DNA of 64,000 bases. It comes from Mobula hypostoma. Lineage: Eukaryota. Positions 48,701 through 60,357 of the stretch are shown piece after piece. Within the stretch, counting starts at the first letter, position 1. The number at the start of each line of letters is the position of its first letter. The stretch spans positions 930,001 through 994,000 of the forward strand of contig NC_086097.1 of NCBI RefSeq assembly GCF_963921235.1. The letters are read 5' to 3'. Both the position numbers and the translations under genes were made by a program. Below the pieces are notes generated by a model. It searched no databases. It saw nothing but the letters and a program-made list of their open reading frames with translations, and was not told the origin of the DNA.

Positions 48701-50980
48701 TATTGTTTCATGTAGCACTATGGTCCTGAAAAACATTGTCTGGTTTTTACTGTGTACTGTACCAGCAGTTATGGTGGAAATGACAATAAAAAGTGACTTG
48801 ACTAGTACACCTTGAAACCATTTAAACTGCCTACTCACATTGATCTGCACGGGACCATACCCTCCATCTCGCTACTATTTATGTACCTATCCAAACTTCT
48901 ATTAAACATGGGCCACTTGTGCTGACAGCTCTTTCCACATTGAATGAAGAAGCTTCTCCTCATGTTCCCCTTAATCTTCTCACCTTTCACCCTTAACCCA
49001 TGGCCTCTGGTTGTAGTCCTACCCCGCCAAAGTTGTAAAGACCATAAGACATAGTAGCACAATTAGGCCATTTGGCCCTTTGAGACTGCTTCACCATTCA
49101 ATCGTGGTTGATCCTTTTTTCCCTTCCTCAGCCCCACTCCCTGGCCTTTTCCCCGTAACCTTTGATCTGTGTCCAATCAAGAACCTATTAATCTCTGCCT
49201 TAAATACACCCAATGACCTGGCCTCCACAGCTGCAGGTGGTAACATATTCCACAAATTCACCACCCTCTGGCTAAAGAAATTTCTCTGGATCTCATTTAA
49301 ATAGACACCCCTTTTCCCTGAGGCTGTGCCCTCTTGTCCTAGACTCTCCCACCAGGAGAAATATCCTTTCCACATCTACCCTGTTTAGGCCTTTCATCAT
49401 TCAAAAGGTTTCAATGAGATCTCCTCTCATACTTCTAAATTCCAGCTAGTACAGACCCAGAGCCATCAAACGTTCCTCATATGATAACCCTTCCATTCCC
49501 AGAATCATTCTTGTCAACCTCCTCTGAACCCTCTCTCTTCTGAGACTAGGAGTCCAAATCAGTTCGCAATATTCAAGGTGAGGCCTCACCAGTGCCTTAT
49601 AAAACCTCAGTATCACATCCCTGCTTCGACCCCTACAGAACACAACTAGTCACTAGCAGCCAACCAGAAAAGGATCCTTTCATTCCCACTCGCTGCCTCC
49701 TACCAATCAGCCAATGCTCTAACCATGTTAGTAACCTTACTGTAATACCATGGGCTCTTAACTTGTTAAGCAGCCTCATGTGTGGCACCTTGACAAAGGC
49801 CTTCTGAAAGTCCAAATATACAACATTCACTGCATTCCTTTTATCTATCCTACTTGTAATTTCCTCAAAGAATTCCAACAGGTTCATCAGGCAAGGTTTT
49901 CCCTTAAAGAAACCGTGCTGACTTTGTTCCATCTTGTCCTGTATCACCAGTTGAGGGCATCCTGACTGGCTGCATCACTGCCCGCTATGGGAACTGAGCT
50001 TCCCTTAATCGCAGTACTCTGCAGAGAGTGCTGCGGACAGCCCAGCGCATCTGTAGATGTGAACTTCCGATTCAGGACATTTACAAAGACAGGTGTGTAA
50101 AAAGGACCCGTAGGATCACTGGGGACAGGAGTCACCCCAACCACAATCTATTCCAGCTGCTACCATCGGGGAAGGGGTACCGCAGCATAAAAGCCAGGAC
50201 AACTTCCTCCACCAGGCCATGAGACTAATTTGAGTGTACTCTATACTATATTGACTGTTCTATTTATTATGAATTACTATGATTACACATTGCACATTTA
50301 AATGGAGACGTAACGTAAAGTAAAGATTTTTACTCCTCATGCACGTGAAGGATGTGAGAAATAAAGTCAATTCAATTTAAGTACTCCATCGCCTCATCCT
50401 TAACAATTGAATCTAACATTTTCCCAACCACTAAGGTCAGGCTAACTGTCTATAATTTCCTTTCTGTTGCCTTCCTTTCTTAAAGAGTGGAGTGACATTT
50501 GCAATTTTCCAGTCCTCTGTCACCATGTCAGAGTCCAATGATTTTTGAAAGATCACTGCTATTGTCTCCATAATCTCTGCTGCTACTTCTTTCAGAACCC
50601 TCGGGTGCAGTTCATCTGTGTGTCGTGAATCAAGAATTGATTGCAGTACAGAAGGATATCTCTCTATCTCTCTCTCTCTCTCTCCCTCCCTCTCTCTCTC
50701 TTTCTCCGTCTAGCCTCATAAATGCTTTCGTTCCTGATACCTATCCAGCTCCATCTTGATGTGATCATGTCTTTTCCCAGAGAAACCTGATTCTTGTTCT
50801 GACTGTTGTTTGTTTCTTACAGGTGAGATTCTATGCAAAGTGAGTGCACATTGCCCCGTGTTCGACTACGTTCCTCCAGAACTCATCACACTCTTCATCT
50901 CCAACATTGGGGGGAACGCCCCCTCCTACATATACCGTCTAATGAGGGAACTTTACAATCCTGACGATCACCAAATATAA
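24467..50980 (+). CDS. EIF2B2: Translation initiation factor eIF2B subunit beta, spliced CDS: join(24467-24617,28567-28687,34370-34515,43603-43766,44487-44582,45125-45262,47594-47660,50823-50980)
   Basis: Eight exons (151+121+146+164+96+138+67+158=1041 nt, 346 aa + stop) join in frame with GT-AG boundaries. Peptides match eIF2B beta ([62 protein letters not shown]). Confidence 0.97.
24700..25283. repeat. Minisatellite (~50 bp unit) at the start of EIF2B2 intron 1
   Basis: Repeats of GGTGTAAAACCGGCACTTACCCCCTGACTCC(AGGTATT/TCACT)TACCTCTGACCCC. Confidence 0.92.
25445..27945. mobile_element. Mosaic of short Penelope-like, Rex/Babar 3'-end and CR1 3'-end fragments in intron 1
   Basis: GAAACGTCGACTG motifs, [13 protein letters not shown] C-termini, CR1 3' UTR at about 27320-27655. 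Confidence 0.65.
28567..28687 (+). CDS. EIF2B2: EIF2B2 coding exon 2
   Basis: pyrimidine tract + ctctag| acceptor; [40 protein letters not shown]; donor CG|GTGAGA. Confidence 0.96.
29117..33820. repeat. 4.7 kb G-rich minisatellite (~34-40 bp unit GAGTCTATAGAGTTAC(A/G)GGGATTACAGTGGGTGT(GT)n) in EIF2B2 intron 2
   Basis: More than 100 directly visible tandem units; degenerate units flank both sides (28750-29115, 33820-34130). Confidence 0.98.
34370..34515 (+). CDS. EIF2B2: EIF2B2 coding exon 3
   Basis: ggcag| acceptor; [20 protein letters not shown]...[13 protein letters not shown]; donor G|GTAAGT. Confidence 0.96.
36353..38875 (-). mobile_element. Young CR1 (endonuclease end + RT + 3' end) inserted into another CR1 (36135-36352 / 38876-39835)
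   Basis: 556-aa ORF 37190-38860; flanks rejoin as ...aatatc|ccccttgaac, as in the intact copy at about 61685. Confidence 0.92.
38876..39835 (-). mobile_element. CR1 RT/3' fragment (same family as the 11576-13330 and 61480-63330 copies)
   Basis: ORFs 39012-39443 and 39459-39824 nearly identical to 12284-13249. Confidence 0.9.
40390..41426 (+). mobile_element. Young 5'-truncated CR1 with an uninterrupted ORF2 C-terminus
   Basis: ORF 40337-41338 with FADD through the C-terminus; ctatg tail. Confidence 0.93.
43603..43766 (+). CDS. EIF2B2: EIF2B2 coding exon 4
   Basis: tttgcag| acceptor; [24 protein letters not shown]...[11 protein letters not shown]; donor CAG|GTTAGT. Confidence 0.97.
43830..44312 (+). 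mobile_element. Penelope-like element 3' fragment
   Basis: GAGGAGCAACACCTTATATTCC coding-end remnant, pyrimidine-rich tract, degenerate hammerhead motif. Confidence 0.65.
44487..44582 (+). CDS. EIF2B2: EIF2B2 coding exon 5
   Basis: ttctag| acceptor; [32 protein letters not shown]; donor AAG|GTACAG. Confidence 0.97.
44725..45015. repeat. G/purine-rich tandem repeat in intron 5
   Basis: Repeats of GAGGTGAGGGATGGGTAGTGGAGGGGTGAG. Confidence 0.85.
45125..45262 (+). CDS. EIF2B2: EIF2B2 coding exon 6
   Basis: ctctacag| acceptor; [46 protein letters not shown]; donor CAG|GTACTT. Confidence 0.97.
45737..46838 (-). mobile_element. Non-autonomous Helitron in intron 6, inserted in a Rex/Babar fragment
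   Basis: Minus strand 5' A|TCTATACACTACTAAAA + (TCTG)n; 3' hairpin GGGTG-CCC/GGG-CACCC about 16 nt before CTAA|T (CTAG variant); internal [20 protein letters not shown] repeats. Confidence 0.75.
46839..47205 (-). mobile_element. Rex1/Babar-type RT fragment
   Basis: [11 protein letters not shown]...KELIIDFRR (46889-47203). Confidence 0.75.
47594..47660 (+). CDS. EIF2B2: EIF2B2 coding exon 7
   Basis: ttcacag| acceptor; [23 protein letters not shown]; donor AAG|GTACGT. Confidence 0.96.
48325..50617. mobile_element. Intron 7 cluster: Rex/Babar 3' ends (+, 48325-48800 and 49950-50375) and CR1 fragments (-)
   Basis: ORFs 48343-48582, 50028-50222, 49091-49947. Confidence 0.8.
50658..50706. repeat. 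(TC)n microsatellite upstream of the exon 8 acceptor
   Basis: Direct reading. Confidence 0.9.
50823..50980 (+). CDS. EIF2B2: EIF2B2 coding exon 8 (last, TAA stop)
   Basis: tttcttacag| acceptor; [51 protein letters not shown]. Confidence 0.97.
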
Positions 50981-50984
50981 CTTA

Positions 50985-50990
50985 ATTAAA
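50985..50990 (+). terminator. Possible variant poly(A) signal ATTAAA immediately after the EIF2B2 stop
   Basis: ATTAAA 4 nt after TAA, with a GT-rich stretch about 40 nt downstream; no transcript evidence. Confidence 0.3.
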
Positions 50991-51052
50991 CTTGCTGACA
51001 CCAACTGATGCCTTGGTTCAAGTCGGAGAGTTTGTTCTGTGCACGTGTGGAT

Positions 51053-51061
51053 ACGCGCGCG

Positions 51062-51097
<36 letters not shown>
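51053..51097. repeat. (CG)n(CA)n microsatellite downstream of the EIF2B2 stop
   Basis: acgcgcgcgcacacacgcgcgcacacacac... Confidence 0.9.
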
Positions 51098-51239
51098 GAG
51101 TGAGCTGAACACAAGCTTCAGTGTTGGAGCAGTTATCACTCAGTGAGACAGTTATCTCTGATCACTAGGTTTTGTACTGATTGGAAATCCCATTGTTTTT
51201 GCCCCCAGCTCAATGTAATTAGAAATCTCAAAACTAGAA

Positions 51240-54200
51240 CTGGAGGCGGACTAACATCCCTGTGGGTAGGTTTGCTAGTTCTGCTCAGGGGGGTTTATAC
51301 TAGATTTGCAGGGGGAGGGGAACCAGAGTGTTAGAGCAGATAGTGAAGTGGAGGAGGGTGAAGGTCATGCGAGGACTGCATGTATAGACAGTAATCAAAG
51401 GTTTGTACATGGTAGAAGTGTTCTTAGGTGCATCTATTTCAATGCAAGGAGTATTGTAGGCAAGGCAGATGAGTTTAGGGCGTGGATCAGCACGTGGGAT
51501 TACGACATTATTGCTATTAGTGAGACTTGGTTGCAGGAGGGGCAGGACTGGCAGCTTAATGTTCCGGGGTTCCGTTGTTTCAGATGTGACAGAGGGGGAG
51601 GGATGAAAGGGGGAGGAGTAGCATTACTAGTCAGGGAGACTATCACAGCTGTGCGTAGACAGGACAGCCCAGAGGGCTCATCTACAGAGGCCATATGGGT
51701 GGAGCTGAGGTACGGGAAAGGTGTGACCACATTAATAGGGTTGTATTACAGACCGCCCAATAGTCAGAGCAAATTGGAGGAGCAAATCTGTAGAAAGATA
51801 GCAGACCGATGTAAGAAACAGAAAGTTGTAATAGTAGGGGATGGCTTGGAGTTTGTCAAATGTGTTCAGGAAAGTTATCTAAATCAATACATAGAGGTAC
51901 CAACGAGAGAGGATGCAATACTTGATCTCCTATTAGGGAACCAGACAGGTCAGGTGCCGGAAGTATGTGTAGGCGAGCATTTTGGGGTCCAGTGACTATA
52001 ATGTCATTAGTTTCAAGTTAATTACAGATAAGGATAGGTCTGGTCCTCGAGTTAAGGTTCTAAATTGGAGAAGGGCCAATTTTGAGGAAATGAGAAAGGA
52101 TCTAGGAAGAGTGGATTGGGATAAGTTGTTTTCTGGCAAGGATGTGTTCAGTATGTGGAAGGCATTCAAAGGCAAAATTTTGAGAGTGCAGAGCTTGCAT
52201 GTTCCTGCCAGGATTAAAGGCAAAGTTATTAAGCATAGGGAACCTTGGTTTTCAAGGGATATTGGCGATCTGGTTAAGAAAAAGAGAGAGGTGTATAGAA
52301 GGTATAGGCAACAAGAAACAAGTGAGGTACTTGAAGAGTATAGAAAATGTAAGAAAATACTAAAGAAGAAAATCAGGGAAGTAAAAGGAAGACATGAGGT
52401 TGCTTTGGCAGATAATGTGAAGGTAAACCCGAAGGGTTTCTACAAGTATATTAAGAGTAATAGTAAGGGACAAAATTGGTCCCCTGGAAGATCAACGTGG
52501 TCGTCTATGTATGGAGCCTCACGAGATGGAGGAGATCTTAAACAATTTTTTTGCATCAGTATTTATTCAGGAAACTGGCAATGTGTATATGGAAGGAAGG
52601 GAAACAAGCAGCAGTGTCATGGAACATATAGAGATTAAAGAGGAGGAGGTGCTTGCTGTCTTACAGCGAATAAAGGTAGATAAATCCCCCGGACCTGACA
52701 TGATATTTCCTCAGACCTTAAGAGAGACTAGTGTAGAAATTGCAGGGGCCCTGGCAGAAATATTTAAAATGTCCTTAGCCACGAGTGCGGTGCCGGAGGA
52801 TTGGAGGGTAGCTCATGTTGTTCCGTTGTTTAAAAAAGGCCCCAAAAGTAAACCAGGTAATTACAAGCCGGTGAGCCTGACATCAGTAGTAGGTAAATTA
52901 TTGGAAGGTATTCTGAGAGATCAGATATACAAGTATTTGGACAGCCAAGGGCTGATTAAGGATAGTCAGCTTGGCTTTGTGCATGGTAGATCATGTTTAA
53001 CGAATCTTGTAGAGTTTTTCGAGGAGGTCACCAAGAAAGTAGACGAAGGAAAGGCTGTGGATGTTGTGGGTGTGTGTCTACATGGGCTTTAGTAAGGCCT
53101 TTGACAAGGTGCAACATGGGAGGTTAGTTCAGAAGGTTCAGACACCAGGTATCTATGGAGAGGTTGTGAACTAGAAATTCAAAATCGTGGCTAAGGACAT
53201 TTTAAATATTTCTGCCAGGGCCCCTGCAATTTCTACACTAGTCTCTCTTAAGGTCTGAGGAAATATCATGTCAGGTCCAGGGGATTTATCTACCTTTATT
53301 CGCTGTAAGACAGCAAGCACCTCCTCCTCTTTAATCTCTATATGTTCCATGTGAATTCAAAATTGGCTGTGTGGGAGAAGACAGAGAGTGGTAGTGTATG
53401 ATTGCTTATCAGATTGCTTTGCAGAGGGATCTGGACCAACTGGAAAAATGGGCCAGAAAATGGCAGATGGAATTTAATGCAGACAAGTGTGAGGTGTTGC
53501 ATTTTGGAAGGACAAATCAAGGTAGGACATACACAGTAAATGGTAGGGCACTGAGGAGTGTGGAGGAACTAAGAGATCTGGGAGATCAGATACATAATTC
53601 CCTGAAAGTGGTGTCACAGGTAGACAGGGTTGTAAAGAAGGCTATTGGCATCCTGGCATTCATAAATCAAAGTATTGAGTACAGTATAGGAGTTGGGATG
53701 TTATGGGGAGGTTGTATAAGACATTGGTGAGGCCAAATTTGGAGTACTGTGTGCATTTCTGGTCACCTAACTATAGGAAGGATATCAGTAAGATTGAAAG
53801 AGTGCAGAGAAGATTTATTAGGATGTTGCTGGGTCTTCAGGAGTTGAGTTACAGGGAAAGATTGAACAGGTTAGGGCTTTATTCCCTGGAGCGTAGAAGA
53901 ATGAGGGGAGATTTGATAGAGGTTTACAAAATTATGAGGAGTATAGACAGTAAATGTGAATAGGCTCTTTCCACTTAGGAGAGATAAATATGAGAGGACA
54001 TGGCTTTAGGGTGAAAGGGGAAAAGTTTAGGGGGAACTTCTTCACTCAGAGAGTGGTGGGAGTGTGGAACGAGCTGCCATCTGACATCGTAAATGCAGGC
54101 TCACTCTTAAGTTTTAAGAATAAATTGGATAGGTACATGGATGGGAGAGGTCTGGATGGTTATGGGCTAGATGCAGGTCAATGGGACTAGTGGTTTAATG

Positions 54201-54264
54201 TTTCGGCGCAGACTAGAAGGGCCGAAGGGCCTATTTTCTGTGCTGTAGTGTTCTATGGTTCTAA
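51240..54264 (+). mobile_element. CR1 LINE (ORF1 end, endonuclease, RT with deletions, 3' end)
   Basis: ORFs 51306-53092 and 53398-54190; ctatggttcta tail. Confidence 0.93.
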
Positions 54265-54484
54265 CTCATCATTTCAGGCTCTGGCTCACTGGGACTTCTT
54301 CCACGGAGCTTTTCTTTTATTGTACTTCACTCATCCTTGCCCAGTTAAATGGAAAATTTAAGATACAGAGTGGTGTAACAAATTTTGGGGCATTAGTGGG
54401 AATAACATCCTGTAGTCCAGTAGCACCAAGACCCAAAAACACAAGCTGTGCTGGGCAAAGGTGCCTGGCTTGGAGTTTTACAAT

Positions 54485-57060
54485 ACCATAAGATTTAGGA
54501 ATATAATTAGGCCATTTGGCCCATCAAGTCTGCTCCACCATTTCATCATGGCTGATCCAGTTTTCATCTCAGACCCAATCAGCTGCCTTGCCCCCTGTAT
54601 CTCTTCATGCCCTGACCAATAAAGAATCTATCAACCTCTGCCTTAAATATACAAAAATACTTGGCATCCACAGCTGCCTGTGGCAACAATTTCCACAGAT
54701 CCACCATTCTCTGGCAAAAGAAATTCCTCCTCATCTTTGTTCTAAAAGGACGCCCCTCCATTCTGAGGTTGTGTCCCCTGGTCTTAGACTCTCCCACCAT
54801 AGGAAACATTCTCACCATATCCACATTACCATTTGATAGGTTTCAATAAGGTCAATCCTCATTCTCCTGAATTCCAGTGAATACAGGCCCTGAGTCATCA
54901 AACGCTCTTCATATGACAGGCCATTCAATCCTGGAAAATTTTCATGAATTTCCTTTGAAGCTTCTCCAATTTCAGTTCATCCTTTCTAAGATAAGGAGAC
55001 CAAATCTGCATACAATACTCCCAAATGTGGCCTCACCAGTGCTTTATAAAGATTCAACATTTAATATTCCAGTCCCTTTGAAATGAATACTAATATTGCA
55101 TCTGCCTTCCTCACCACAGACTCAACCTGCAAATTAACCTTTAGGGAATCCTGCACAAGGGCTCCCAAGTCCTTTGTGTCTCAGTTTTTTGTATTTTCTC
55201 ACCATTTAGAAAATAGTCAACCCCTTCAGTTCTATCAAAGTGCATGACCATACACCTTCCAATACTATTCCATACGCCATTTCTTTGCCCATTCTCCTAA
55301 TCTGTCCAACTCTTCCTGTAGCCTACTTCCTCAAAAACTACCTGCTCCTCCACCTATCTTCATATCATCTTCAAACTTTGCAACAAAGCCATCAATTCCA
55401 TCATCCAAATTATTAATATATAACAAAAAGAATCATGTCTCAACACACTAATCACTGGCAGCCAGCCAGAAAAGGTAAAGGTTACCTTTGATCACACTCT
55501 TTGCATCCTGTCAGTCAGATACCGCTCTACCCATGCTAAGATCTTCCTTGTAATACCATGGGTCACCTGAAAATCCAAATACACAACATCAACCAATTCT
55601 CCTTTGTCTATCCTGCTTATTGTTTCTTCAAAGAATTCCAGCAGAATTTTCAGGCAAGATTTTCCCTTGAGGAAACCATGCTGACTATGGCCTATTTTAT
55701 CATGTGTCTCCAAGTACCCTGAGACCTCATCCTTAATAATTGACTCCAACATCTTCCCAACCACTGAGGTCAGACTAACTGGCCTATAATTTCCTTTCTT
55801 CTGCCTCTCTCCCTTTTTGAAGAGTGGAGTGGCATTTGAAATTTTACAGTCTTCTGGAACCATTCCAGGAACTAGTGATTCTTGAAGATTATTGCTAATG
55901 CCTCCGCAATCTCTTTAGCCATGTCTTTCAGAACTCTGAGGTGTACACCATCTGGTCCTGGTGACTTATCTACCTTCAGACCTTTCAGCTTCCCAAGAAC
56001 CTTCTCCCTAGTAATGGTAACTTCATATATATTTATACTTATTATTGAGGGAAAAGCCACAGGGGTGCTCTGCCCTAATTGCCTATTCACATTTCCATTT
56101 CTCCAAACAGTCACCCAGCTACTCGCCTCCTGGAACTTTGGGGTGACTACTTCCCTGTAACTCTGATCAATTATCTCCTCACTCTCCTGTTCAAGCCAAA
56201 GGTCTTCCAGCTGCTGCCCCAGATCCCTAACACGGTCTTCAAGGAGCTGCAGTCTGATGCACTTCACACAGATGTCCCCAGGGAATCTCTGGGTCTCCCA
56301 GGACTTCAACATCGGCATGAAGAGCACACAACAGCCAATTGCTACACGAGGTACAGTGAAAGAAAAAAAAGGAACCTTAACAGAAGCTTATCTAGAGCCA
56401 ATGCCTCTTTTGAGCTGAAGCCGCCTTTGAAGCAAAGCCTGACACTCCTACTCTCACCACTGGCCTACTCCCTACAATGGCCGCTTCGCTTGTCCCTTTG
56501 AAACAAGCGTCGCCGACCTGCAAAAGACCTTGTTGCTGTGGCATAATCCTGCCGCTGATTGGGATGTCGGAACGAGCCTGACCGTCTGCAAAATTCTCCT
56601 TTTAAACAAGCGTCGCTCAATTGTGAGAAACCTTGTCGCTGTGGCGTAATCCTGCTGCTGATTGGCCCATCGGAATTATGCTTATTATTGAGGGGAACAG
56701 CCACAGGAGTACTCTGCACTGGCTGTGTATTTCCCATTCCTGCTCACAGTCACCCAGTTACCTGTCTCCTGCAATATAGGGATGACTACCTCCCTGTAGC
56801 TTCTCTCTGTCACCTCATTCTTCCATATAACTCATACAAGGTCATTGAGCAGCAGCTCTAGTTCCTTAATATGTTCTCTCAGGAGCTACAGCTAAGTGCA
56901 CTTGGTGCAGAAGTGTTAATCTGGGAGACCGGCAGTCTCCAGACTTCCCACATAGAGTACAAAACACTGCCCCTGAAGCCATTCTCACTAAGCTGTTATG
57001 CCCTAACAGATGAGGAATGAACACATAAGAATAGAAAGAGAGAAACTTACCTCACCCAAA
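54485..57060 (-). mobile_element. CR1 fragments (RT/3' end 54485-56030; ORF1 N-terminal pieces 56035-57060)
   Basis: ORFs 54579-54824, 55492-55863, 55872-56327 (C-x2-C coiled-coil ORF1 start, STPVA motif). Confidence 0.82.
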
Positions 57061-57064
57061 CCTG

Positions 57065-58600
57065 ATCTCCATCCACAAGGGAATTAGCAGAGGTTATAGT
57101 AGATGCGTTGGTAATCGTTTACCAAAATTCTCTAGACTCTGAGCAGGTCCCAGCAGATTGGAAGACAGTAAATGTCACACCACTTAAGAATGTAGGCAAA
57201 AGACAGGCAACTATAGGCCATTTCGCTTAACGTCTGTAGTCGGGAAAATGCTTGAAGATGTCATTAAGGAAGAAAAAGCAAAATATTTAGAAAGGAGTGG
57301 TTCCGTTAGACAGACACAGCATGGATTCAGAAAGGGTAGGTCCTGTTTGACAAACTTATTGGATTCTTTGAGGACATAATGAGTGCGGTGGATAGAGGGG
57401 AACAGGTGGATGTCATATACTTGGATTTCCAGAAGGCATTCGATAAGGTGCCACACAAGAGACTTATAAATGAGATACGAATGCACGGAGTTGGAGGAAG
57501 TGTATTGGCATGGATAGTGGATTGGTTAACCAATAGAAGGCAGAGAGTTGGTATAAATGGGTGTTTCACCGGTTGGCAGTCAGTGGTGAGTGGGGTGCTG
57601 GGCCCGCAGTTGTTTACCATTCACATCAATGATCTGGAAGAGGGGACTGAGTGAAGTGTTGCAAAATTTGCTGATGATACTAAACTGAGTGGAAAAGCAA
57701 ACTGTACAGAGGATGCGGAGAGTCTGCAGAGGGATATAGATAGCTAAAGTGAGTGGGCCAAGGTCTTGCAGATGAAATACACCGTTGGTAAATGCAAGAT
57801 CATCCACTTTGGAAGGAATAATAGAAGAGCAGATTATTATTTAAATGGTGAAAGATTGCAGCACACTCTTGTGCAGAAGGACTTGGGAATGCTTGTTCAT
57901 GAATCGCAAAAAGTTGGCTTGCAGGTACAACAGGTTATTAAGGCGGCAAATGGAATATTGGCCTTCATTGCTAGAGGGACTGAATTCAAGAGCAGGGAGG
58001 TCATGCTGCAACTATACAGGGTACTGGTGAGGCCGCACCTGGAGTACTATGTGCAGCTCTGGTCTCCATACTTGAGGAAGGATATACTGGCTTTGGAGGC
58101 AGTGCAGAGGAGGTTCACCAGGTTGATTCCAGAGATGAAGGGGTTAACCTATGAGGAGAGATTGAGTCGCCTTGGACTATACTCTCTGGAATTCAGAAGA
58201 ATGAGAGGGGATCTTAAGAAACATACAAAATTTTGAAAGGGGTAGATAAGATAGAGGTAGGAAAGTTGTTTCCATTGGTAGGTGAGACTAGAACTAGGGG
58301 ACATTGCCTCAAGATTCAGGGGAGAAGATTTAAGACAGAGATGAGGAGAAACTGTTTTTCCCAGAGAGTGGTGAATCTGTGGAATTCTCTGCCCAGGGAA
58401 ACAGTTGAGGCTTCTTCACTAAATATATTTAAGATACAGTTAGATAGATTTTTACATAGTAAGGGAATTAAGGGTTATGGGGTAAAGGGAGGTAGATGAA
58501 GCTGAATTTACAGACAGATCAGCCATGATCTTATTGAATGGCGGGGCAGGCTGGATGGGCCGGATGGCCTACTCCTGCTCCTATTCCTTACGTTCTTATG
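57065..58600 (+). mobile_element. CR1 RT + 3' end
   Basis: [17 protein letters not shown] and [13 protein letters not shown] motifs. Confidence 0.9.
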
Positions 58601-58881
58601 ATTACATTACAGTAGGCTCTGAAGAGTGAGAAATAAGCCCACTTATAAAGGATGCTGAACTCATAAAGGGTCTCAGTTTGATACATTGATTGTTTATTCC
58701 CCTTCATAAAAGCTGCCTCACCTGTTGAGCCCCTCCAGCTTTTTGGTGTGTGTGCTCTGGATTTCCAACACCTGCAGAATTACCTGTGTTTACATTTGAA
58801 AAGGATGTCCTATCCCACTAGCCCACCACAGACTTCCAGTACTTCCACCATCAATAAAGATAGTGCAGCAATCAAGTTTCA

Positions 58882-58887
58882 TTTATT
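58882..58887 (-). terminator. Candidate poly(A) signal (AATAAA) of the minus-strand gene (MLH3)
   Basis: TTTATT on + strand at the end of a non-repetitive 3'UTR-like stretch (58860-59115). Confidence 0.6.
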
Positions 58888-59115
58888 CAAATAAATAGTT
58901 TAGCAATAAAACAGTGCATACAAAACACAAGCTCAACACACACAGAGTAGTTACACCCAGCACCAAGTTCCTACCTCGTGCACCTTTGATGGACAGTCAA
59001 TACAAAGAACACAGCTGGCCAAGTGGTCAGGTTAATGTCATTGCAGACCAGAGGTTCACAATGGGATTTTGTCCATTTCATAATGGGGCAGTTCCACTGA
59101 AACAACACAGGGCAA

Positions 59116-59187
59116 TCACAAAACCTCTTCGCTCATCCACACTTCCCTCAGCATCCTCAGCTTCTGTAAATTAGGTCTGTTGGGAAC
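59116..59187 (-). CDS. MLH3: Probable last coding exon of DNA mismatch repair protein Mlh3 (rest of gene beyond the window end)
   Basis: Minus-strand acceptor ...ctgatccacag|GTT; VPNRPNLQKLRMLREVWMSEEVL* resembles the human MLH3 last exon as I recall it (IKPNLTKLRKMAQAW); minus-strand AATAAA about 230 nt downstream; EIF2B2 and MLH3 are tail-to-tail in human. Confidence 0.75.
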   Translation of the reverse strand, partial: VPNRPNLQKLRMLREVWMSEEVL

Positions 59188-59747
59188 CTGTGGATCAGAA
59201 TTAATTTGAAAATAGAGCAATACAGCTTGGATACAGACCCTCTGGCCCATCCAGTGCCTACGCAGCTGGACACAATTTTCTGCGTTGGGCTCATAACCCT
59301 CGAAATCCTGTCCTCCGTGTACTTATCTAAAAGCTTCTTAAATGACCCTATTGTACCTGCCTCACCCACTTCCTCTGGCAGCTCGTTCCACATATTCACC
59401 ACTCTCAGTGTGAAAAAAACTTACCCCTCAGTTCCCCATTAAATCCCCTCTTAATTTAAACCTGAGCCCCCGGTTTGTTTTCCCCTACCATGGGGAAAAT
59501 GCTTACCATCCATTCTATCTCTGCTGCTCGTAATTTTAAACTTTTTTTTAAGGTCGTCCTTCATTCTTCCTCAATCCAGAAAATAGAGACCTAGCCTGGC
59601 CAAATTCTCGCTATAACTCAGGCCCTTTAGTCCTGGCAATGTCCTCATAAATTCCTGTACTCTTTCTTGTTTAACCACATTTTTCCCATAACAGGGTGAT
59701 CGCACTTGTACATGGTACACCAGGTACAGATTCACTAGTGATTTGTA

Positions 59748-60357
59748 TGTAGGACTCTCAGTATACTAGATGGACTGTAACTGTTAATCGCTTATTACCA
59801 AAATGAAGCTTCTCGTAATGTTAACTGCTGGGCAAGGGGTTCTCTGTGACTGCAATGTTTGGGTTATACAGTGTGATGGTGGAAATTGTGTTCATTTGTT
59901 AGCCAATGGAAGTCATGTTCTGTTATCTTGTATGTGTGTGCTGAGCTGAGGAGCGCAGGCCTTTCGGGAGGCGAGTGGGGAGGATGGACGTGTGTGGAAC
60001 GGACAGCGGTTCCAGGGCGGCAGAAACCGGACCTCGGGAGTTCGGAGGGTGGCCGGAGTCTTGGAAGAACCTGTGGAGGGAATCGGAGGCGCGAGCTCCA
60101 ACGTATTAAAATCCTATGTGCACAAGACTGCTAAGTTACTTATGTGGCACCTATATTTTTTTTGTAGTTATTTCTACTAACCCATCACCAAAAATTTGCT
60201 ATAAAGTAGAATTCTTTACTCACACTTTGTATATTGTTTCATATTTGTGTTGTGGCTGTTCTTTGGGTGACTCACACCTTATCCGCACCAAAGCAATTGC
60301 ACTGTTTGGCGGGGTCGACCTAAGCAACGGTGGGTCAGTGGGGCAAAGACCGTTACA
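59748..60357 (+). mobile_element. Probable solo LTR inserted in a minus-strand CR1 (about 59210-60410)
   Basis: TGTA...TACA termini; flanks TGTA/TGTG resemble a 4-bp TSD with one mismatch; the CR1 rejoins across it. Confidence 0.65.
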
